Shown: piece after piece, positions 8,139 to 17,000 of the stretch
Layout of the letters: each line of letters starts with the position of its first letter
How positions within the stretch are numbered: the first letter of the stretch is position 1
IMG/VR virus record: IMGVR_UViG_3300046009_002352
Coordinates: 1 to 52,245 of that record
Source of the DNA: a virus
Lineage: Duplodnaviria; Caudoviricetes
Reading direction: 5' to 3' (one strand)
DNA: 52,245 bases
Notes under the pieces: model-generated
Told to the model about the DNA's origin: nothing
Databases searched by the model: none
Seen by the model: the letters and a program-made list of their open reading frames with translations, nothing else
Translations under genes and position numbers: made by a program

Positions 8139-8590
8139 AAAAACGATCAACAAAAAGAGGGCCAGTAGTTTCAAAGAAGGTAATATATGATGGTATTACC
8201 TTTGCTTCAGGTCTTGAGAAATATATGTACAAAGCTTTAAAAGAAGCTGGTATAGAATTTCAATATGAGGGGGTAACGTTTGAATTGTTGCCCTCTTTTA
8301 TATTTGAAAATGTTTCAATGGAAAGACAATCAAACGGCAAAGGTGATTTTATTAATAGGGGTTTGAAAAAAATATTAAACCTTAAATACACACCAGACTT
8401 TGTTGGCGATACTTTTATAATTGAAACTAAAGGTAGAGCTAATGAATCTTTTCCATTACGTTGGAAACTATTTAAAAAATGGATGATGGATAATAATGAC
8501 ACAAGAGCATTATATAAACCACAGAATCAATCAGAGTGTAATGCTACAGTAGATAGAATATTAAAAACAACAAAAACAAAAAACAAATGA
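8135..8590 (+). CDS. T7 endonuclease I-like PD-(D/E)XK nuclease / Holliday junction resolvase
   Basis: FASGLE, FQYE, YTPDF, IIETKG. Confidence 0.8.
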   Translation: MKKRSTKRGPVVSKKVIYDGITFASGLEKYMYKALKEAGIEFQYEGVTFELLPSFIFENVSMERQSNGKGDFINRGLKKILNLKYTPDFVGDTFIIETKGRANESFPLRWKLFKKWMMDNNDTRALYKPQNQSECNATVDRILKTTKTKNK

Positions 8591-8736
8591 ACAAATTTAG
8601 TGAAAAAAGTTGGTCAATAACCGTTGGGTTATATCCAGGTGTACTGTTTGGTTTAAGATTATATAAAGAACCATCTTATGATACTTATGTATTGTATTTG
8701 CCATTTATAGACATTGCATTTGAAATAGATAATTAA
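8587..8736 (+). CDS. Small hypothetical protein (49 aa, missing from the ORF track)
   Basis: MNKFSEKSWSITVGLYPGVLFGLRLYKEPSYDTYVLYLPFIDIAFEIDN*; ATGA overlap and fills the gap before the RNR gene. Confidence 0.7.
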   Translation: MNKFSEKSWSITVGLYPGVLFGLRLYKEPSYDTYVLYLPFIDIAFEIDN

Positions 8737-8749
8737 TTAATAAATAAAT

Positions 8750-10618
8750 ATGAGCCTTAGTTTAGATAAACAAATTTTAAGTGATATTACTGTATACACA
8801 AAGTATGCAAAGTATTTGCCAAACAAAGAAAGAAGAGAGACATGGGAAGAATTAGTAACCAGGAATATGGATATGCACAAAGCCAAATTTCCACAAATAA
8901 AAGAAGCAATTGAACAGATATACAAAAACTTTGTATTCACTAAAAAAGTTTTACCTTCGATGCGAAGCCTCCAGTTTGGTGGTAAAGCTATTGAACTTAA
9001 TAATGCTAGGATCTATAATTGTGCTTTTTTACCTGTTGATAGTATTCATAGTTTCTCTGAGACTATGTTTTTATTGCTTGGTGGAACTGGTGTCGGTTAT
9101 TCGGTCCAAAATCACCAAATAGAAAAGCTACCTGAAATTAGAAAACCTAATTACGATCGTAAGAAAAGATACGTTGTTCAGGATAGTATAATTGGCTGGG
9201 CTGATGCAATTAAAACGTTATTCAAATCATACACAGGGGAGCTTACTTCTCACATCGAATTTGATTTGTCCGATATACGCCAGAAAGGAGCATTGCTTGT
9301 TACGGCAGGGGGTAAAGCACCAGGACCAGAACCATTGCGTATAGCATTAGTAAAGATTGAGGCTATCTTGAGAACGAAAGAGGACCGATCAAAACTTACG
9401 GATATTGAATGCCATGATATTCAGTGCCATATTGCCGATGCAGTTTTAGCCGGAGGAATACGTAGAGCAGCAATGATTTCTCTATTTGATCTTGATAGTA
9501 CGGCAATGTTAAATTGTAAAGCTGGCAATTGGTGGGAAGAAAATCCACAAAGAGGTAGAGCAAATAATTCAGTAGTACTTTTAAGACATAAAATTGATAA
9601 GAAAACATTTGACAAAGTTTGGGAAAGAATTGAAGCATCTGGCTCAGGAGAACCCGGAATATATCTTACTAATGATAAGGATTGGGGTACTAACCCTTGT
9701 TGCGAGATTGCTTTACGACCGTATCAGTTTTGTAATTTAACTGAGATTAATATGGCAGATATTGAAGATCAAGACGATCTTAACGCAAGAGCATCTGCAG
9801 CATCATTTTTAGGAACATTACAAGCATCATATTCAGACTTTCATTATCTACGTGATATATGGAGAAAGAATACAGAGAAGGATGCGTTACTTGGAGTTTC
9901 AATGACAGGTATTGCATCTAAGTCAAACTTAGAATTAAATTATGAAGAAGCAGCAAACGTCGTTAAGAAAACAAACAAAGAAACAGCTGAAGCGATTGGA
10001 ATTAATGTCGCAGCGAGAACTACAGCCGTTAAACCAGCTGGCACGACTAGTTTGGTACTTGGTACTTCTAGCGGGATACATGCTTGGCATAATGACTATT
10101 ATATACGCCGCATGCGCTTAGGCAAGAATGAAGCTATATATTCTTATCTTGCTATAAATCATCCAGAATTGCTAGAAGATGAATATTTTAATCCAACATT
10201 ACAATCAGTTATTTCAGTTCCACAAAAGGCTCCAGAAGGCGCTATAACGAGACATGAATCAACATTAGATCTATTAGAAAGAGTAAAACTAATTTCTAAA
10301 GATTGGGTTAAGACTGGCCATGATAAAGGCAACAACACGCACAATGTATCTTGTACAGTTTCTGTAAGAGATGATGAGTGGAAAATTATTGGTGAATGGA
10401 TGTGGGCTAATAAAGAATACTATAATGGTTTATCGGTATTGCCATACAATGGTGGAACATATAAGCAAACCCCATTTGAAGATTGTACAAAAGAAGTATA
10501 CGATGAAATGATGTCTACATTAAAAGATGTTGATTTATCAAAAGTAATTGAAGTTCAAGATAATACTAACTTTGTGGATGCAGCAGCCTGCGGTGGAGGG
10601 AATTGTGAGATTGTATAG
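8750..10618 (+). CDS. nrdJ: Class II (adenosylcobalamin-dependent) ribonucleotide reductase
   Basis: YNCAF, GGTGVGYS, GGIRRAAMI, TNPCCEI, FCNLTEIN, VKPAGTTS, C-terminal ACGGGNCEI; no R2 subunit gene nearby. Confidence 0.93.
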   Translation: MSLSLDKQILSDITVYTKYAKYLPNKERRETWEELVTRNMDMHKAKFPQIKEAIEQIYKNFVFTKKVLPSMRSLQFGGKAIELNNARIYNCAFLPVDSIHSFSETMFLLLGGTGVGYSVQNHQIEKLPEIRKPNYDRKKRYVVQDSIIGWADAIKTLFKSYTGELTSHIEFDLSDIRQKGALLVTAGGKAPGPEPLRIALVKIEAILRTKEDRSKLTDIECHDIQCHIADAVLAGGIRRAAMISLFDLDSTAMLNCKAGNWWEENPQRGRANNSVVLLRHKIDKKTFDKVWERIEASGSGEPGIYLTNDKDWGTNPCCEIALRPYQFCNLTEINMADIEDQDDLNARASAASFLGTLQASYSDFHYLRDIWRKNTEKDALLGVSMTGIASKSNLELNYEEAANVVKKTNKETAEAIGINVAARTTAVKPAGTTSLVLGTSSGIHAWHNDYYIRRMRLGKNEAIYSYLAINHPELLEDEYFNPTLQSVISVPQKAPEGAITRHESTLDLLERVKLISKDWVKTGHDKGNNTHNVSCTVSVRDDEWKIIGEWMWANKEYYNGLSVLPYNGGTYKQTPFEDCTKEVYDEMMSTLKDVDLSKVIEVQDNTNFVDAAACGGGNCEIV

Positions 10619-10666
10619 TTACCTAGGAACAAGATGTTGGATTTACACTTTATACATAAATAAAAT

Positions 10667-10906
10667 ATGAAAGAATCAAACCTGATTGAAATGAAAAACA
10701 AAGTTGATGCGATTACAAGAATACTGCAACAACTTATATATGAACAGGACAATTTAAGAACATTGTCTGTAGGCACTTTGGAAACGGTAAAACTATTACC
10801 AGGTTACGAAGAGGCTATCAAAGAAATGACTGAAAAAGCAAAGGCTCAAGCTGCTATGAAGGAAATAGAAGCTGATGAACAAGAAGAAAAAAAGTTAGAA
10901 GTTTAG
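10667..10906 (+). CDS. Hypothetical helical protein
   Basis: 79-aa ORF, last gene before the terminator. Confidence 0.7.
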   Translation: MKESNLIEMKNKVDAITRILQQLIYEQDNLRTLSVGTLETVKLLPGYEEAIKEMTEKAKAQAAMKEIEADEQEEKKLEV

Positions 10907-10922
10907 TTTATTTATTAATTGG

Positions 10923-10959
10923 AAAAGGGGACCGCGAATTATCACGAGTCCCCTTTTTT
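10923..10959. terminator. Bidirectional intrinsic terminator between convergent modules
   Basis: AAAAGGGGAC...GTCCCCTTTT stem with A and T tracts on both sides. Confidence 0.85.
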
Positions 10960-11005
10960 CGGTTAAGGAATATTTAGGTATGGTGCCTATTTATCTTCAT
11001 TCCTT

Positions 11006-14000
11006 TTAATCACCGCCCATCTTTCTCTTTCTTTTTTTCAAAGCTTGCTCTCTTTTTTCTAAAGCTTTCTTTCTTCTAAATTCAAGTCTTTCTTTAGGAT
11101 CCATTTCCATTAAAGCTTTTTTATCAGCTTTTCTTTTTTCTTCTCTTGAAATTATTCCTTTTTCAATACCTTCCTCTTTTCTTTTAGCTTTAGCTTCTAC
11201 TTTGATTTTCTCATTCTCTTCATTCTTAACATTTAATTCCCATTCTTTCCAACCTAATGCTAATGCTAGTCTTTGAATTTTAGTATTACGAGAATCAAGT
11301 GCTTCAGATACATTACCAACTTTTTCAACAACACGATCAAGCGGTAAATTTGTTGTAGCAACAACTACATTACCAACTATGTCATAATTAGGGCTAAGAT
11401 TTAATCTTCCATCTTTAGTTATTTCCCAACCACGAGCTTCTATTACATCTTTATCGAATTTTTTAATTCTATAAGCTCCATATAATTTTTTAGCTTTTGA
11501 ACTAATAGGAGGTGATATACTAGCAGCAGCTAATATTGTATAAGCATGGTCAGCAAACATCTTTCTTTCTTCTTGTTTGTTGTATTCCATTGCAGCATTT
11601 TTAATAGTAGAAATTAAAGCTCCATAAACACCAGATCCTCTAAGAACTGTATCAGACATACCATTTAATATACTTACTGCCTTGTCATCTTGTTTTTTCT
11701 TAAGCTTTTCATATTCTTTTTTCTGCTCGCTTGACATTTTTGCAATAGCCTCTTCGTCTTCTTCTTCAAATGGTAAAAACAATGCAGACTGTAATGCAGA
11801 GAATAAAACATTCTGTAAAGCTCCGTAATACATTATTTTTGACAAATTAGTTTTCCAATCTCCACGCTTATTAACTAAGTCTAAGGTTGCTTTTTTTATC
11901 TCTCTATTATATTGCATAGGAGTATTAGCAAAAGCTAACACAAGACGCCCTAATGAGGTCGTTTGTTGCTTAGATATATACATTGGATCAGCCGATTGCA
12001 TTGATTTATCTGTTATCAAAGAAAAATCAACCCAAGCTTTGTCTTCAGCTTCTTCAAGCGTATTTATTTTATTACCATCCTCATCAACTTGCTTTAAATA
12101 AGTGTTAACACGATTTCTATAAAATGTTGAACCCCCTAAAGCAATAGAGAAACTATCCGCTGCTTGTGTTGGAGTAAATCCAATTTTTTGTAAATAAGAT
12201 AATACTCCTCTTGCTTTGTTAGTTGCGCTATTTGCGGCATTAGCAATCTCAGCTTGAGTAACATCCGCTTTTAAACCAGATCTTCTTTCACGCATTTTAT
12301 CTGAATTAATAATCTTAGCAAAGTCAGACCAATATTGTTTTTGATCAGCAAATGCTGTTGCAGCAGCTAAAGGATTATTATCATTCCAGTTTAAATAGTT
12401 AGTTGACGATATAGTCTGTAATAATGCTGATCTTACATTAAAGAACATGATCGCAGCAGTAGAACCATTAATCCAATTCATCCATATATTAGTAAGTCTA
12501 TCAGATCCTTCTGGTCTATTCTTACCATTCTTCATTCTATATAAAGAATCTTCCAATGCTATTCTAACATTCGTCCCGTAAGTTGCTTGTACTTTATTAA
12601 GGTTTTCAGTAGTAAAAATTGCATTAGCATTTTCTATAAACTCAGATAACCATTTCTTTCTACCTTCACCTTCTGTTATATTATGTAAGTCAGATATAAT
12701 AGTTTCACTATCCCAAGTTGTAGAAGGAGGCATCCATCCACCATCTTGTCTACCGGCTATAGATAATGCTTCAGCAAAACTAATAAGATTTGGATCATTC
12801 TTAACCAAGAATACTAATTTGTTTTTATCTCTTCTATTTAACCCCGGAACATCTATATCATTCTTATGCCATAAGTAAACCCTAACAGCTTGATCATAAG
12901 TAAATTGTTTATCTGGAGTTAACTTTTCTAATTTCTTTTTAATATCTGGGAAACTATTAAGTAACTTTTTGTATTCCTTCTTTATAGATTGACGAACAGA
13001 ATCCAAAGCATTAATACCTTTAACATAAGGTATAACTAGATTAGCATCAAAAAATTCTTGATCTTTTTCACCTTGTTTTCCTTTGCCAGCAAACATATAA
13101 GTGGTTAACCCTCTAAAGTCATCTGCAGATGGCGGAACAAAGAAAGATAAAGTATTTGCTTTTGTACCTGTTCTTTTTGCAACAATATCTGAGATTTTTT
13201 CGTATGATGGAACATTTTTATTACGCGCAAGCATATCATTAAACGCATAATCTAATGATTTACTATCATTTACTTTTAATTTATCTTGCGTCTTGTTGTT
13301 TTTTGGCGTGTTTATTAAAAACAAAGTGTCTTCCCCATTATTTACTTGCTCCGTTGTATAAGTCCATCCAAGTCTAGATCCTATTGTAGCTGCCATTGTT
13401 TTATATAATCTTATACGGCTAGGTTCGAGTGCAGTAAAAACAATACCTTCTATATTATTTTTTTGTATATATTCAACCAATCCATTAGTAACTATGCTTA
13501 AAACCTTAAAAGAATTACCGATTTCTAAAACATCTGTACCCATATCATCTTCCTGAAATGTAGTAAAAAGTAAATTTTCATTATCCGTTAAGTAGGTTAA
13601 TGGTACTCCTAAATCATCGGTTATTTTTTTAAAAGCTTTGGTATATGTTGGGTCCTGATCAAGTCCATATTTTTTTAAAGGGGAGACGTATATACTATAA
13701 TTATACTCCCCTACTTTAAAAGCAGCGCTCGTTTCCCCTAATTTAGTTGTCCATTGTAAATTAGCTTTTGTTGTTAAACTAAATTTAGGTCTTGACTTCC
13801 ATTTAGGATCTGAATTTATCCAATCATTTAATTGCTTTTCTGCAAATTTAATTGTCTCTACATTAAGTGCGTCATTTACGGCAGCCATTAATGATCCACC
13901 TTCATTTTCACGGTCTTCAATAACATCAAAAGCATAGTCAACAGACTTATTCATGCCTTCAATAGTATTATTAGAAACAATCCCCCACCAATCTTCAATA

Positions 14001-17000
14001 GATTTGTTAAGATCATTTAATACTTCAAAAGATGTTTCAGCATCAATTCTTTTAATATCATTTTTAGCAATATAATCAGAAACTATTGTAATACCTTTAT
14101 CGTCTTTATTAAAAGAGTTTAAATTATTCTCTAAAGATTTAGAAAACATTCTTTTTGATTTTCTTTCAATTATATTTTTTGCTTTTTTGTTATTAAATTT
14201 AGATATATTTGAGCCTTTATTTTCAATATATTTTTGTATAATTTCTATTTTATCTGCATTAAAATTCAAATAACCTCTAGTCGACAATATATTGTCTGCA
14301 CTTATTTGATATTCAAAAGTTAAATTAAATAATTTATTTGGGTCAAAGTCTCCTCCAAAAATATTTGAAAATTTATCAACACCCGTATAACCGTTAAAAT
14401 AGTCAAACAACCTGCCGCTAATGCTTATAATATCTTGAGGTTGAGATTTTTTATTATTTAAAGCTTTTGCAAAATTTACTCCAACCTCAAATCGGTTATT
14501 TTTTATATCAGCATATCTTCTTCCTCCCTCTAATTGTTCGTTTTTTCCTTTTTTTGCACCAAATTTTTCCTGTAATTTTATAGAATCATCTAATGATAAT
14601 TTAATATTGCCAGCAGGAGTAACCGTATAATTAGTTATTCCCGCTTCCTTAACTACATTTTTTAATAAAGAGCTTTCGTTACCAGCTATATGATTAACTA
14701 TTTCACTTATTTGATTATATAATACACTTCCTTTATTACCAAAGATTCCTTTTTTCAGCGCTGTTTTTAACGAATTACCTGTTATAGAAGTTAATGGAAT
14801 CCTACCACTAGCGGCTTTTTTAGCTTCAACAATTATAGCTAGTTTTGATAATTTTTCTTTTATTACAATATCTGGCACGTATTGGTTGTTGCCTCCGACT
14901 ACCTCAACATTGTAATCTTTGCCGACATATTTAGATATGAATGTACCTAACATTTTTTCTTGCGCTTGCCAATGAAATCTATCAAATGTCTTGCCTGCTG
15001 CAATTAATATGTTATATAAGGAGTCTAGCTCGTTGTCATCTGCATCAATTATTTTATTAATTGTTTGATTAAAAAGGCTATTTGTCTTAATATAGAAATT
15101 TTTGTCATTTTTCATTTCGTATATAAGAGCGTTTACTTCTGCTTTAGTAATTGAAAATTTAACATTGCCACGTTCTGCTAGTCTATTAAATTCTTCTAGC
15201 ATTATTTTTTCAGTTACAGCTCCTTTTAATTCTTGATTTCTATTTAGAGCTTCTGATATTATGCCATCGTTAGCAATGTCATCAGATATAATATCAAATG
15301 AAACTTCTTCAGCCAACGCTTTGGCTAAAGATTCTTTTCTGCCTCTAATTGGATTGCCTGTCTCTAAATCTATAATTGAAGATAAGAAATCAATTGTTGG
15401 TACATTTTTATTAACCTCAGGTAATCTTCTTACCATTTCATGACCAGCAGTTCTACCTGCTAAATCAACATCAACCGATTCACGATCTATTTTTTTACCT
15501 TTCCATTCAGGAAAATTAACCCATCTACCGTTTATTCTTTTTTGAATAGCAAATGGCATTCCACCAACTCCATCTTTACCCATTAACCATGTAGTAGTCA
15601 TATTTTCAAGAATTGTTTTCTTATTGACAATTAGCCAATTTTGTAATTCTTGATTTTCTTTACCACCCATTGCTTTTTTAATATCAATATCGGCTTGTTT
15701 ACCCATCTCATCTCTTATCTCACTAATTAACGGAGCGACAGTCTTATTCAAGGAAGTCTTTTCATTAATTTTGGATTTCAATGTTCTTGCAACCGGTAAG
15801 ATTTTAGCTTGGATATTAGCAATAACATCTGGACTAAATACGCCAGATTCTAATATGTTTTGGAAACGTTTTCTTTCTGGCAATGAAGGCTTAGTTACTT
15901 CTACATCTTCATTAGCTAACTTAGTCATTTCAGAAACATCCTCAGTAAATACAACATCCGCAACTTCACCACTTTTTAGAGCTCCTTTCATACGGTTTAT
16001 ATACTGAGCATTTATATATCCATATAAACTATTATTTCTAGCAGGATCAAATTTAGCAATATAAGGGATCATCGATGTTCTTACATAACTAACCATTTCT
16101 TCCATATTAAACCCATCGATACCACCTCTATCTTTATTTGTAAGATCTATTACGGTACCTTTTGCTGTTTTCCAGTTTCTAGACTTAACTTTAACCATTT
16201 TGTCAAGCTCTGAATAAATTTCTGGATTATTAGGATTAAATCCTTTTGGATCATTACCAATAGCATCAAGTTTAGCTTTTGCTTTATTAGCAACATCACT
16301 TACCTCTACATCTTCTTTTGCTTTTGTAGGTTTCTTTTCTGTAGGTTTAGTTTCAAGTTTATTTTCTGCTGGTTTAACACCTGCTCTCTTTTCTTCATAT
16401 TCTTTACGAGCCAATTCAGCTTCCTCTTGTTCGAGAGCTAGCATTTGGGCATCATAACGATCCATATCAATTTCGTTATCATTTAATTGTCTATCAAGCT
16501 CATCCATTCTTTCCTCAATAGATTTTGAACCTTTAATGAAACTTGCAGATACTTCACCATCTTTAGATATAAGTTTACCTTTTGCTTCGCTTCTTAATAA
16601 TCTACGTTGAGCAATATTTAATTCTTTATCTTTAGTTATTGTATTATTATAATCCCTTATGAAATTAAATACATCTCTACCAGAGTTAAATTCTATACTT
16701 GTTAAACCTAAATCTTGGAAAAATCTACGTATTTGATCACCAACTTTAGTAAAGAAGCTTTCTTTATATTTTAAATTTCCGGTAATAAGAGCATCGGAAA
16801 ATATATTTAATAACTCTTCCATCTGAGTACCAGAATCTTCGCCTCCATAATTACGTTCTAATCTACCTATAACCTTATCGTTAAGATAAAGCTCAGGGCT
16901 ATTAGATAATAAGTAATCTGTTAATGATTCACCTAATGCTATTTGGCTATCTGATTTAGCAACTGTTTTTGCTAATAATTTATGTAAAAATTCGTGTGAT

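Noticed and set aside
8750-10618. Intein or intron in the RNR gene (also considered for terminase and helicase)
   Set aside because: ORFs are continuous and of normal length with no splicing motifs seen.
249-10776. Minus-strand and off-frame ORFs in the replication module (e.g. 928..1323, 2317..2757, 6432..6848)
   Set aside because: They are shadows of well-supported + strand genes and show no recognisable motifs.
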